In this document: positions 1 through 9,702 of the stretch, piece by piece
Position numbering within the stretch: the first letter of the stretch is position 1
Layout of the letters: every line of letters begins with the position of its first letter
Assembly (NCBI GenBank): GCA_026982335.1
Contig: JALSHH010000044.1
Coordinates: 85-64,084 of the forward strand
From: Phycisphaerales bacterium
GTDB taxonomy: Bacteria; Planctomycetota; Phycisphaerae; Phycisphaerales; UBA1924
DNA length: 64,000 nucleotides
Direction of reading: 5' to 3'
Made by a program: the position numbers and the translations under genes
The notes under the pieces: generated by a model
The model's database searches: none
What the model was told of the DNA's origin: nothing
The model's input: only the letters and a program-made list of their open reading frames with translations

Positions 1-336
1 TCATAGCAAAACAACCCCTTTCAAGGGAGTGTACCCCCCCCCCTCCTTGTCTTGCAAGAGATAAGTGGCCATTTTTTTAAACTTAACCGAAGTTGCGGAA
101 TTGCTCACGCAGATGATATTTGATGGCTTACTTTGGTAGAGCGCAAGTCGTCACACACGACCTCTAGCCTTATTTACCGGGTGCCCATACTCACCGTCTT
201 CGGCGCAGTGAGGACATCATCCATCTGTATCTATTTCAAGACCCGCGGGGTAGTGGCGAAGGGTTAGGCAAAGAAAAGGGAAGTCCCCGCCCTGCGGACA
301 CCTCCTCTGGAGGCCCGGTGGGAGGCGGAAGAAATC

Positions 337-445
337 TTATTTGTCGCTCAGGACTTTGGATTTTTCTTGCCTGGCATTTCGCCTTCGGAGGGATTTTAAG
401 CTCGACTTTGCGAATGCGGATCGACTTGCGGGGCAACCCTTACGC
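337..445 (-). pseudogene. Decayed 3'-terminal fragment of a typA/bipA-like gene
   Basis: The minus strand reads PRKSIRIRKVELK in one frame and, after a 1-nt gap, SLRRRNARQEKSKVLSDK-stop in the next. Intact TypA (3010..4935) ends TPKSIRIRKVELNESLRRRNARQEKSKTLSGK-stop. DNA 337-445 aligns with about 3010-3118, roughly four fifths identical by eye. There is no clear TypA similarity further upstream. Confidence 0.75.
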
Positions 446-770
446 TCCTCGGGGCTGGCATGTTCAATGGCACGATGCCTCTGCCCTTCGGGATCAGCAG
501 CGTAATCTCGGGTCTCCCAGCAGAAACCTATGAGGTTGGTATGCCCGGTGACGATGACGGGAACGGAAACTGGAACAACGGCGAGCGAGGCTATGTCTCG
601 ACCTTGATGCTCGACTGAACCCACCACCGGCGTCATTCCTTGTGCAAAAAACCACGGCCTCGCCAATTCAGCAGACCGTGGCCTTGTGGAAATAGGGAAC
701 ACATCCCTTAGCTTGAGCAGAGCCCACACCCCTTATGGGCCCTCTTGCTTTGCCCTTGCTTCCCTTTGCC

Positions 771-1526
771 TTACTTTTGTCCATTTCTTTTCGTCTGGGC
801 TCCTGCATGCCCTTTCTCGAAATCCGAAGCGGCGATGGTATCGAACTCTTCCTGAGTCAGAAACTCCGCCGTGTAGGTTCCGCCTTCGCGCTCGATCTGG
901 GCTGCAAAGGCACGGAGGTGATTCCGGGTTGCGCGTGAAAGGTTGCTATAGACCTTTGCAAGGACTGGATCATTCACGCCATCGGCAGCAATTCGGAGAT
1001 CTGAGAGATCAAGTTCTTCGATTTTGGCGCCGACTTGAAGTGCTGCGAGGAGTGATTCTGATCCGGATTCAACCAACTGGTTGTAGAGGTCGGCGACACT
1101 CTGGGATTGGAATACACCCCTTGAATCATCGGTGATGGGGTCTTGCATGCCGAATCGATCGAGCATTTTCTTCATCGCGTGCATGTGTTTCTGTTCTGCC
1201 TTAGCGATGTTGAAAACTTTGGCCCCCCACTTCTCTCCAAGCTCGGCGTAGACATCGCGAGCGAGTTTTTCTTCTTCACGCATCTGGAGTAAGGTGGCTG
1301 CAGATTCGGAAGAGAGTTCGACAACCGGTGCGCCAAGCGAGCTTGAAATCTGACAACCGCTGCCCGCTTTGTTTTGTTCATCTCCACACCCTCCACCACC
1401 CCCTCCGACTCCGACTCCGACTCCGACTCCGCCACAGTTGCCCCCAGGGCCCATAGCGATTGATGCCCCGGCGAAGAGGATAATCGACGATGCAAAAGCT
1501 ACTTTGATCAGTGTGCGATATGTCAT
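771..1526 (-). CDS. Secreted DUF2202-type ferritin-like protein
   Basis: 251-aa ORF with a signal-like N-terminus and a Gly/Val-rich linker. It then reads LLQMREEEKLARDVY...KAEQKHMHAMKKML...IEELDL...TRNHLRAF, the duplicated ferritin-like helices typical of DUF2202. Confidence 0.8.
   Translation of the reverse strand: MTYRTLIKVAFASSIILFAGASIAMGPGGNCGGVGVGVGVGGGGGGCGDEQNKAGSGCQISSSLGAPVVELSSESAATLLQMREEEKLARDVYAELGEKWGAKVFNIAKAEQKHMHAMKKMLDRFGMQDPITDDSRGVFQSQSVADLYNQLVESGSESLLAALQVGAKIEELDLSDLRIAADGVNDPVLAKVYSNLSRATRNHLRAFAAQIEREGGTYTAEFLTQEEFDTIAASDFEKGHAGAQTKRNGQK
1405..1430. repeat. (CCGACT)x4 hexanucleotide repeat inside the DUF2202 gene
   Basis: Read directly from the sequence. It encodes the GVGVGVGV stretch of the linker, and the unit length keeps the reading frame. 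Confidence 0.9.
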
Positions 1527-1614
1527 TCTTTAACTCCTGAAACCTCTGAATAATCGCGCAACCGCCCATCCTTTTTTTCCGTATTGTCTTCTGAGCCAAG
1601 TTCTTTGGCCTTGA

Positions 1615-2801
1615 AACAGGAGATTGACCAATGGCCATCCGAAAAAACGCACCGATGGGATTTGTCGACACCGCACTCGAAGACTTCGGCTCGACACGCA
1701 CATCGGCCTTGCTTTCCAAACTCGACGCCGCCACGCCTTGGGACACACTCGCCCATCCCATCAAGCAGCTCCCTGAATATAAATCGCATGGCGCGGGCGC
1801 CCGCCGTGGGAGCCGGTGATGATGCTCAAGGCCATGATACTTGCCAAGTGGTTTCGTCTCTCCGATCCGGGGCTCGAAGAAGCACTCCTCGATCGCATCA
1901 GCTTCCGCAAGTTCGTCGGCTTGTCGTTCACGGACGCCACACCAGACGAAACCACCTTTGTCAAGTTTCGCAAGCGGCTGCGCGAAGCCCAGCTCGATGA
2001 ATACCTCTTCCAATCCGTCGTCAAACACCTTGATTCACAGGGTTTTCTCGTGCGTGAGGGCACGATGGTTGACGCGACGATCATCGTCGAGCAATCGAAG
2101 GGATCCAAGAATGACAAGGGCGAAAATACACGCGATGAGGACGCGAGTTTCACCAAGAAGCACGGCAAGACTTACCACGGCTACAAGGCGCACATCGCCT
2201 GCGATCTCTCGGGTGTGATCACTGATTACAAAGTGACGACGGCCAAGGTGCATGACTCGAAATGCATTGATGAACTTGTCGAAAATGAAAAGGTCGCGGT
2301 GCTGGCCGATAGCGCGTATTCGTCGAAAGATCGACGCAAGAAACTCCGCAAGCGCCAGGTGATCGACGGGATCGTATACAAGAGAACACGCGGCCAGAAG
2401 GAACTCTACGACTGGCAAGAACGGTGGAATGGGCTTGTTTCCAAGCTTCGATCGAAGGTCGAGCATCCGTTTGCGATGATGAAGCACCAGCTCGGATATC
2501 GCAAAGTGCGCTATCGCGGCTTAGAGAGAAGCGCATTCGATGTGTGCTTGATGCTCATGGCGTGTAATCTCAAACGGAGCGTGTATTTGAATGAGCAGGC
2601 GAAGGCGATCGGCGTGGATCCTGTACCAAAGAAGATGTAATGTGCGCGATGGCTGCGCGCTGATTCAAGTCAGAGGGCTTGAATCATGCGGCTTTGTGGC
2701 TCGAACGAGTGATTGCAGACACTTGAGCGTGAAATCCTTGCAACGACGCTCGATTTTGAGTATAATCTGGCGGGAGTCGCTGATTGGTCAGAGATTCCTC
2801 C
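1615..2801 (+). mobile_element. IS5-family insertion sequence (ends approximate)
   Basis: Contains an InsH/IS5-type DDE transposase. Candidate imperfect terminal inverted repeats are AACAGGAGATTGACCAAT (1615-1632) and ATTGGTCAGAGATTCCTCC (2783-2801). The implied length of about 1.2 kb fits IS5-group elements. A flanking TTGA / TTAA pair is a possible degenerate 4-bp target duplication, but the ends are not proven. Confidence 0.6.
1631..2640 (+). pseudogene. IS5-family (InsH-like) DDE transposase, reading frame split near 1790-1815
   Basis: The N-terminal 62 codons (1631..1819, ...LPEYKSHGAGARRGSR-stop) and the main ORF (1816..2640) are in different frames. The main ORF carries LSDPGLEEALLDRISFRKFVGLS, VDATII, LADSAYSS and VEHPFAMMK. 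Upstream of 1816 the second frame reads GRPPWEPV, so a 1-nt shift in the GC-rich run GGCGCGGGCGCCCGCCG would restore one transposase of about 335 aa. Confidence 0.8.
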
Positions 2802-3009
2802 TTAAATATTGAGCCTGTACCATCCTGCCAAGGCACAGCACTTTCCCCCTGGTACAACGCACCAAAGTGTCTTGTATGACATTATCCGGAAAAAATAAAC
2901 TAAAAACACACCTTGAGCCAGACGACGCGTCTAACTCAAAGCTGCTTGGCTCATAGAGCATAAGCAAATGCAGCCTGCCTGCGACTGTTCATGCAAAACA
3001 ACGGAATTC

Positions 3010-4935
3010 CTACTTGCCGGAAAGGGTCTTGGATTTTTCTTGTCTTGCGTTTCGCCTTCGGAGGGATTCGTTGAGCTCGACCTTGCGGATACGAATCGAC
3101 TTGGGGGTCAACTCCACAAGCTCGTCGTCTTCGATGTATTCCAAGGACTGTTCAAGCGAAAGATCTTTGGGTTGTTTGATCGTGACAGTGGCGTCCTTGT
3201 TGGCGGCTCGCATGTTGTCAAGTTTCTTGACACGCACAGCGTTGACTTCGATGTCATTGCCTCGATTGTGCTCGCCCACCACCTGCCCGACGTACACCTT
3301 CATGCCTGGAGAGACGAGCATGGTTCCGCGTTCGTGGAGGTTGATGACGGCATATTCGGTGATCTGCCCATCGGCGGTGTTGACCATAACACCGGCGTTT
3401 CGTTTTGGGCGCTCGCCGGTAACAGGAACGAACTCCAAGAAGGTATGGTGCATGATCGCTTCGCCGGCAGTAGCGGTCAGGATACGACTACGCATACCAA
3501 TAAGAGCACGGGAAGTAATCTTGAAGATGCAATGGGTAAGGCCGTTGCCTCTTGGATCCATCGAGACAAGTTCGCCTTTGCGTTCCCCGACGATCTGCAT
3601 GACCGAACCAACACAGTCATCCGGGCAGTCGATGACGAGTTCTTCGAGTGGTTCGCATTTGACCCCTTCGATTTCGCGTTCGATGACAATCGGCCGCCCC
3701 ACAGCCAGCTCGAAGCCCTCGCGGCGCATGGTTTCGAGGAGGATGCCCAAGTGCAACAATCCACGCCCTGAGACGATAAACTCGTCCATAGTTCGCCCGG
3801 GCTCGACGCGGAGGGCGACATTGTGTTCAAGCTCGCGTTCGAGCCGATTTTTGAGCTGGCGTGAAGTGACGAACTCACCTTCTTGCCCGGCGAATGGGGA
3901 ATCATTCACACGAAAGGACATGGAGATGGTGGGTTCATCAATGGCGACTTCGTCCATTGCTTGGGGATGATCAGGATCACAGATGGTATCGCCGATGTCG
4001 ATGGTGCCAAGCCCTGAGATCGCGCAGAGATCACCGGCAGAAATCGAATCCCTATCAACCTTGCTCAGCCCTTCAAAACCTTGCAAAGTGACCACCTTGG
4101 CTTTGACTTCCTTCGTTTCACCATTTTCAAGGTGCTTGACGATGACGACGGGCTGGCCGGCTTTGATGGTGCCTTGAAAGATTCGCCCGACACCGATTCG
4201 CCCGACATATTCGGAGAAACCCAAAGTCGTAATCTGCATACGGAGTGGTTTTTCGATGTAGACATCGGGATGCGGGACATGAGCAACAATGGCTTCGAAG
4301 ACGGGCTGGAGGTTGATACCTTTGGTTGTGCCGTCCCACTCGTCAATGGCCCAGCCATCGCGCGCCGAGGCGTAGACGACTGGAAAATCGAGAGAATCGT
4401 CATCAGCACCGAGTGAAACGAGCAGATCAAAAACTTCGCCAATGACGCGGTCGGGGTCGCCATCGAGTCGGTCGCATTTGTTGATGACGATCAGAGGCTT
4501 CAACCCGGCTTCGAGCGCTTTGGACATCACGAACCGCGTCTGAGGCATCGGCCCTTCGTAGGCATCGACGACGAGGATGCAGCCATCGGCCATTTGGAGG
4601 ACGCGTTCGACCTCGCCACCAAAATCGGCGTGACCTGGTGTGTCGATGATGTTGATGCGGTAATCGGTACCATCTTGGGCGTGGTAGTTGACGGCACAGT
4701 TCTTCGAGAGGATGGTGATGCCTCGTTCGCGTTCGAGATCGTTGGAGTCAAGGATCAAGTTATGCTGACCGCCTTCGAGCTTTTCGAGTTCGCCTTGGCG
4801 AAAGTTGCCCGACTGCTTGAGAAGATTATCAACGAGGGTGGTCTTGCCGTGATCAACATGAGCGATGATGGCGACATTGCGAAGCGATGAGACATCGGCG
4901 GCGGCGGATGATGATGATGATGATGAAGGGGACAT
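3010..4935 (-). CDS. typA: Translational GTPase TypA/BipA
   Basis: 641-aa ORF with NVAIIAHVDHGKTTLVD (G1), DTPGHADF, NKCD, and an EF-G-like domain order throughout. It has an N-terminal Ser/Ala run. Confidence 0.97.
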   Translation of the reverse strand: MSPSSSSSSSAAADVSSLRNVAIIAHVDHGKTTLVDNLLKQSGNFRQGELEKLEGGQHNLILDSNDLERERGITILSKNCAVNYHAQDGTDYRINIIDTPGHADFGGEVERVLQMADGCILVVDAYEGPMPQTRFVMSKALEAGLKPLIVINKCDRLDGDPDRVIGEVFDLLVSLGADDDSLDFPVVYASARDGWAIDEWDGTTKGINLQPVFEAIVAHVPHPDVYIEKPLRMQITTLGFSEYVGRIGVGRIFQGTIKAGQPVVIVKHLENGETKEVKAKVVTLQGFEGLSKVDRDSISAGDLCAISGLGTIDIGDTICDPDHPQAMDEVAIDEPTISMSFRVNDSPFAGQEGEFVTSRQLKNRLERELEHNVALRVEPGRTMDEFIVSGRGLLHLGILLETMRREGFELAVGRPIVIEREIEGVKCEPLEELVIDCPDDCVGSVMQIVGERKGELVSMDPRGNGLTHCIFKITSRALIGMRSRILTATAGEAIMHHTFLEFVPVTGERPKRNAGVMVNTADGQITEYAVINLHERGTMLVSPGMKVYVGQVVGEHNRGNDIEVNAVRVKKLDNMRAANKDATVTIKQPKDLSLEQSLEYIEDDELVELTPKSIRIRKVELNESLRRRNARQEKSKTLSGK

Positions 4936-5209
4936 GAGCTCTCCGGGGGTGCAACGACAGCACCGCAGGCTGGGGATTCTGTTTCTTGTTCTCAGGCAAC
5001 TCGCACTGGCGCGGGCATAAGTGTATCCATCTGCTTATCGGAACGGGACATATCGCCAAATCCCTTTCTCTATTTTCACTGATCGCCAAAATCGAATCAC
5101 CCTTTAGGCCCAAAGTCGTGGCGAGATGGTTTTCGGGGCCAAATCGCTCATGCTCTCTTCTAGAGCCAAGGTTGCCCAAGCACCCAATCTCGACAACACA
5201 AGAGGTAGA

Positions 5210-6118
5210 ATGATGCGATCAGCACACAAAAAATCAACTTCAGGACACAACAAGGGACTCGTGCTTCTTATAGGGACCATCTTCACAACTTCGCCCGCAC
5301 TCGGTGATGTGATCTATCAGCAGGACTTCGAAAACTGGAACAACGCCAATGGAATGTGGACGACAAGCACCAAAGACACCCTCGGAGGACCATATACCTC
5401 GATACTCGGACGATTCGGGACATCAACGGCCACGCTCAATATCGTCGCGACCAATGCCAACAATGGCGGATACAACTCGGACGAGTCAGGATCAAATCCA
5501 TTCAATATTACCGTCGATGAGTACGCGAATAATCGAAATCGGGTTCCCTATCTCGACCAAGACGCGGGCGGCGGCCCAGGAGGGAATGTCGATCCCACAT
5601 ACACCGGGGGGCCCAATCTCGATCTCGGGCAAGCGATCAGGGATCAAGGCGGTCCACCAATGTTTGGGCCAGGCACCTACGCAGTACGCTTTGATCTGAT
5701 GCTCTTCGATTCATGGGACGGCAACTACGCACCCTATGGCCCCGACTCATTCATGGTCACAGTCAACGGACAAACACTCTTCAACGAAAAACTCTATTCG
5801 AGCGCCTACGGCACCGGGCTCAACTTCCGAGAACCTGACGAAAAACCAAGCGAAAATGCATATGGGCAGCGATGGGGCGATTCGATTTATCGTGACATTG
5901 AGATCATCGTAGAACTCACCGAAGCAACCGATCTGCTGAGCATTGATTTCATCGGGCAGACCACGCAATCAATCAACGACGAAAGCTGGGGACTCGACAA
6001 TGTACTCATCGAACAACGCTCGACGGTGCACTCGATGATGGCCCCCGAGGTGCCTGCCCCTGGCACACTGGCGATTCTCGGCAGCGGACTTGGACTTCTC
6101 ACACGGCGCAAACGATAG
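5210..6118 (+). CDS. PEP-CTERM-anchored secreted protein
   Basis: C-terminus is VPAPGTLAILGSGLGLLTRRKR (PEP-like motif, TM helix, Arg cluster). A signal peptide follows MMRSAHKK. ATG 5210 is preceded by AAGAGG; the ORF track starts earlier, at 5126. Confidence 0.8.
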   Translation: MMRSAHKKSTSGHNKGLVLLIGTIFTTSPALGDVIYQQDFENWNNANGMWTTSTKDTLGGPYTSILGRFGTSTATLNIVATNANNGGYNSDESGSNPFNITVDEYANNRNRVPYLDQDAGGGPGGNVDPTYTGGPNLDLGQAIRDQGGPPMFGPGTYAVRFDLMLFDSWDGNYAPYGPDSFMVTVNGQTLFNEKLYSSAYGTGLNFREPDEKPSENAYGQRWGDSIYRDIEIIVELTEATDLLSIDFIGQTTQSINDESWGLDNVLIEQRSTVHSMMAPEVPAPGTLAILGSGLGLLTRRKR

Positions 6119-6156
6119 ATGGACCTTTGCTCGGTGCGCTGCCTCGAGCCCCCTGT

Positions 6157-7920
6157 TCAATCCTGCCCGAGCGTGCTCAGGTTGCGGCCTTGAGAGAACT
6201 CGATCGAGATCGTGCCGCCGATACCCAGAGGAATCCGGACGATATTCCACTCGACTGATTCGACGAACTTAGAGATCGCCAGGTCGATTGAAGAAGAGGG
6301 ATTGAGCAGCTCGATCGCCTTTGCGGGTTTGAAGAACCCGGTGGTCATCACGCCGGTGACTCTGGGTTGGCCTGGAATGGATTTGAGACTCTTGGCTGCC
6401 TGGGCGATCCACCGGAGTTCCTTGGTTGCTTCGCAATCTCTAGGCGAGAGCGAAACGATCAGGAAGGGCGTATCGGTCCCCTCCCCTGCGAGCCAAGAAA
6501 ACTTTGCTGAATCACCAAGCCAAGACGCCTGAGATCCAAATGTATCCTCCCTATTTTGCTCACGATATCGTTCAATGATATAGGTCCGAACTGCCCGGGG
6601 AAACTTGCCCTGGTAGTCTGGCACATTGCTCTGCCCGTAAGACATGAACAGATCGTACATCACGGTATCCACATAGACAGAAATAGATTCATCGCCGAGA
6701 TCAGCGCCTTCGAGCTGGGTCAGCATGGTCAATGCGACGGGGGGCACCTTGGTCGAGTGGCTGTTTGTGTACGATTGCGTCCTCGAAGCCTTTGAAAGCA
6801 ACACAAGCCCAGGCCCCATCGGATATCTGATCGAGTTGGGTGGGGTTTGATCCTTGGTTGGCTTGAATGTGGAGATCATGTGGAACAGGTCATTCTTGAC
6901 GAAAACGCTCGGCGTTCGGGACATGGCCACGGCGAAAATTGCATCACGACCCACCGCGCTCAAAAGCCCCGCAGGCGCATTGTCATTGGTCAGGTCCATC
7001 TTCAAGTCGGTCGCAAATCGAAGTGATATTCCCCGCTCGGGCGTTGAAATCACCCCGACAACTGCAGCAGATTCCCCTTGCCTCTGGGCAGGGATGCCCT
7101 GGGATGGAATACCTTGCGAAGGAAGAAACCGGTCGAGCTGGGCAATCCAAGCGACCGACCAATCCACCCCCATCTCGATACTGGCGATGAGCTCTTCGCG
7201 CCCGTGTACGATTGAATGGCCTCCCTTTGCCTTCACCTGATCGAGCAAGGCATCAGAATCGATTGTATACGATGCCAGCACATAATTGAGCAGCGATGAA
7301 CCCTTTCTCGGCGCGAGGATAATCGCTGCACCGTCCCAACCATCCCCTCCCTCATCACCCTGCCCTTGGTATTCCCGATCGTTATCCTGAGGATTGAGCA
7401 GGACGATCTCGTAGCGTCCTTGCTCGATCGCATAGACTGCATGCCCGTGCTCGATGCGCCGACGGACGGGTTTGAGGTGCTCGCGAATTCGTTGGAGATA
7501 TGCGGGTTCAACCTCGCACACCAGTGTCCACTGCGTGTCGATCGCATCAGCGAGCTGAAAAAGAGAGCCCGACGAAGAATCAATTCCATCCCAAACCACC
7601 ACCACCCGCTTCGAGAGCAGCGAGTGGATGGTCTCATCGGTTTGAGCGTCGAATGCTTTGGATAACGCATCCCAGGCGTGCTCAGTGTGAGTGAAGAGCC
7701 CGCCAATGGCCAAGAGCTTGCGGATGAATCGTCCGGAATCGTTGAGCAAAAAGTGTTCGGCGGGGTTGTTCAATACCGCAGCAGCATCCACCGCAGCGGG
7801 AACATCGGTGAGCCAAAGAAAAGGATTCTCTGGGGGCTCAACACGCGGAGGATCGGCACATGGCAGCTCGGATCCCAAAGCCTCAGACGCAGACATCCAC
7901 AGCACAACAAGGATCACCAT
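6157..7920 (-). CDS. Large secreted hypothetical protein downstream of the ECF sigma/anti-sigma pair
   Basis: Long ORF with host-like codon usage. The start is chosen at MVILVVLWMSASEALG (signal-like) to avoid overlap with the anti-sigma ORF. No domain recognised. Confidence 0.6.
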   Translation of the reverse strand: MVILVVLWMSASEALGSELPCADPPRVEPPENPFLWLTDVPAAVDAAAVLNNPAEHFLLNDSGRFIRKLLAIGGLFTHTEHAWDALSKAFDAQTDETIHSLLSKRVVVVWDGIDSSSGSLFQLADAIDTQWTLVCEVEPAYLQRIREHLKPVRRRIEHGHAVYAIEQGRYEIVLLNPQDNDREYQGQGDEGGDGWDGAAIILAPRKGSSLLNYVLASYTIDSDALLDQVKAKGGHSIVHGREELIASIEMGVDWSVAWIAQLDRFLPSQGIPSQGIPAQRQGESAAVVGVISTPERGISLRFATDLKMDLTNDNAPAGLLSAVGRDAIFAVAMSRTPSVFVKNDLFHMISTFKPTKDQTPPNSIRYPMGPGLVLLSKASRTQSYTNSHSTKVPPVALTMLTQLEGADLGDESISVYVDTVMYDLFMSYGQSNVPDYQGKFPRAVRTYIIERYREQNREDTFGSQASWLGDSAKFSWLAGEGTDTPFLIVSLSPRDCEATKELRWIAQAAKSLKSIPGQPRVTGVMTTGFFKPAKAIELLNPSSSIDLAISKFVESVEWNIVRIPLGIGGTISIEFSQGRNLSTLGQD

Positions 7921-7970
7921 CGCACAAAGCGAAACGATCCTCCCCAATCTGCAAAATGGAGCATATACAT

Positions 7971-8858
7971 TCACGGCAAAGATGGGACATCGAACTCGAC
8001 CAACGCACGCTGGGCGCGGGTCGAGCGAAGGGACACGCCACCAACACGCACTGAAGATGACGAATGCGAAGCATGAGCCCAGGTACCCATAGTGCTCGAT
8101 CCGAACACGCACAGCGGGCTTTGTGATGCGGCGAAGGAAGCCTCCTCCTCGTTGCGCACATAGATCGATGCGACCCCGTATCCAACGCCGATAAAGTCAC
8201 CAATCAAGTATCCTCTGCTGAGTGTATCATCACCAGCAAGGGCACTGGATACAGGTGCAGATTGAATCGCAACCTCGAAGCGGTGGTCGTTGCGCCCGGG
8301 CGCTTTGAGGATCCCCGCGATGGGATTGGCAACCGAGCTGTAGATCACGCGGGCCTCGTTGGTCAGGGCCGATGCAAACTCGTCCGTATCTTGCTCGATC
8401 GCTTCTTCAATGTTGAGCACCGGAGTCGGGTGCGAAGCGATCGTGGTCAGGCGAGGATAAAGCCTTTGAAGCCCAGCAACCACCATCAGGGCGAGCAACA
8501 AGACTGCTGCAATCCCCATCCGGCCGGCACGAACATGGCGACGCCAAGTTGCAGGGATAAATCGACGATGCCGATCGGCACGAATAAGGATTGCATCGGT
8601 TAAATCAGGCGCCGTGATGGGCGTCTGAAGCGCATGAATCGCATTGGAGGTATCGAGAAGTTCTTGTTTGCGAACCGGGTCGTACTGGAGGGCCCGGGCA
8701 ATTTCTCGTTGAATATCTTCGTTGAGCTCACCATCGATTGCCGCGTTGATGAGCGATTCGGGAATTCGCCCGGGTGCGTTGCATCGTATGTCAGGATGTG
8801 TGTTTTTCTTTGGATCGCTCGCCGGGTCTGACGGATTCGATGGGCCTGACTGGTTCAT
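7971..8858 (-). CDS. Putative membrane-spanning anti-sigma factor
   Basis: Overlaps the sigma-factor stop by 4 nt. The N-terminal segment reads LINAAIDGELNEDIQREIARAL, followed by one TM helix (MGIAAVLLLALMVVAGL). The call rests on position and architecture only. Confidence 0.6.
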   Translation of the reverse strand: MNQSGPSNPSDPASDPKKNTHPDIRCNAPGRIPESLINAAIDGELNEDIQREIARALQYDPVRKQELLDTSNAIHALQTPITAPDLTDAILIRADRHRRFIPATWRRHVRAGRMGIAAVLLLALMVVAGLQRLYPRLTTIASHPTPVLNIEEAIEQDTDEFASALTNEARVIYSSVANPIAGILKAPGRNDHRFEVAIQSAPVSSALAGDDTLSRGYLIGDFIGVGYGVASIYVRNEEEASFAASQSPLCVFGSSTMGTWAHASHSSSSVRVGGVSLRSTRAQRALVEFDVPSLP

Positions 8859-9487
8859 CTCGCCACCCCCGCGAGTTGCTCGGCGAGGCGCGATTTATCC
8901 TTGAACATCACACGCAGACGCTTGCGCCCTCGGTGAAGATGGCTCTTGATGGTGCCTTCGGGCATCTCAAGGTGCGAAGCGATCAGAGAAATGGGCCAGT
9001 CGAGCTGGTGGAAGAGGATGATGATCTCGCGCTGCTCGTTGGTCAATGCCAAGAGGGCTTGCTGGAGTGCGTCGTGCTGGACGCTCTGGCGTTCGTCGCT
9101 AAAGACAGATGATTCGGTATCGGTATTCGATCGCCCTTGTGATCCACCCATTGAGCCGACGAAATCGGTGTCGTAGACCGGTTTGCTCTTGGCCATCGCA
9201 TTCATATAGAGCCGGCGAGCGATGGTAAAAAGCCAAGTCGAGAACCGGAACCGAAAATCAAAACGATGCAGATTGCCCAGCACACGAACGAAGGCTTCTT
9301 GCACGATATCCTCAGCGACTTCGGGACGACCCGACATACGAAGAATATATCCATAGACCGAGCGTTGGTGCGCGCGGATGAGATCGCCCGCTGCTTGGCG
9401 TTCGCCTGCGATAGCGCGTTCGATCAGGTCTCGTTCCTCGTTGCGATCCATCAGGACTCCCAAAGCCTCTGCGCAGCGCCCCCGCAC
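8855..9487 (-). CDS. ECF-type RNA polymerase sigma-70 family factor
   Basis: Region 2 reads VYGYILRMSGRPEVAEDIVQEAFVRV...FSTWLFTIARR and region 4 reads LTNEQREIIILFHQLDWPISLIASHLEMPEGTIKSHLHRGRKRL. The true start may be the internal Met at 9451. Confidence 0.9.
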   Translation of the reverse strand: MRGRCAEALGVLMDRNEERDLIERAIAGERQAAGDLIRAHQRSVYGYILRMSGRPEVAEDIVQEAFVRVLGNLHRFDFRFRFSTWLFTIARRLYMNAMAKSKPVYDTDFVGSMGGSQGRSNTDTESSVFSDERQSVQHDALQQALLALTNEQREIIILFHQLDWPISLIASHLEMPEGTIKSHLHRGRKRLRVMFKDKSRLAEQLAGVAR

Positions 9488-9570
9488 AGAACACGAACGA
9501 TCATTTGATCGCTCCCATTACTATACCACGCCCAAGGCATATGGTTGCACGAGTACCCAACGGTATTGGA

Positions 9571-9596
9571 GAAGAAACCACCCAATTTTCGGTTCC
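9571..9596 (-). promoter_or_regulatory. Candidate ECF-type promoter (GGAAC-N16-TCTTC) upstream of the sigma gene
   Basis: The minus strand reads GGAACCGAAAATTGGGTGGTTTCTTC about 100 nt upstream of the sigma ORF. This is a pattern match only. Confidence 0.2.
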
Positions 9597-9603
9597 TGTC
9601 CAT

Positions 9604-9637
9604 AAAAATCACCCCGGTGCAATGATGAGCACCGGGG
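9604..9637 (-). terminator. Rho-independent-type terminator after the B12-binding-domain gene
   Basis: Stem CCCCGGTGC / GCACCGGGG with an 8-nt loop, followed on the minus strand by TGATTTTTA. Confidence 0.6.
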
Positions 9638-9702
9638 CGACGGCAGAAGAGCAAAGATGATGAGGCTTGCTCCACGAGGTATTTTTGAGACGAAATCGTC
9701 GA

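Noticed and set aside
236-330. GGGAAGTCCCCGCC resembling the RNase P RNA P4 region
   Set aside because: The surrounding sequence lacks the other conserved RNase P blocks and the required length. The match is coincidental.
337-729. 130-aa minus-strand ORF taken as a real gene
   Set aside because: Only its last 20 codons or so resemble anything (the TypA C-terminus), and that similarity continues in a different frame. It is better explained as a decayed fragment plus random ORF.
3014-3970. 318-aa ORF on the plus strand (and several others between 3000 and 4900)
   Set aside because: It lies entirely antisense to typA, whose identity is unambiguous. The translation is Ser/Arg-rich and low-complexity. 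This is the typical shadow ORF of a GC-rich gene.
4907-4924. (GAT)x6 repeat giving the Ser run at the typA N-terminus, considered as a phase-variation tract along with the (CCGACT)x4 repeat at 1405-1430
   Set aside because: The units are multiples of three, so length changes keep the frame. They only vary a low-complexity linker.
7921-8112. N-terminal 64 codons of the 6157..8112 ORF
   Set aside because: This part overlaps the anti-sigma gene by about 140 nt and is Cys/Arg-rich. An internal Met followed by a signal-like segment gives a non-overlapping start.
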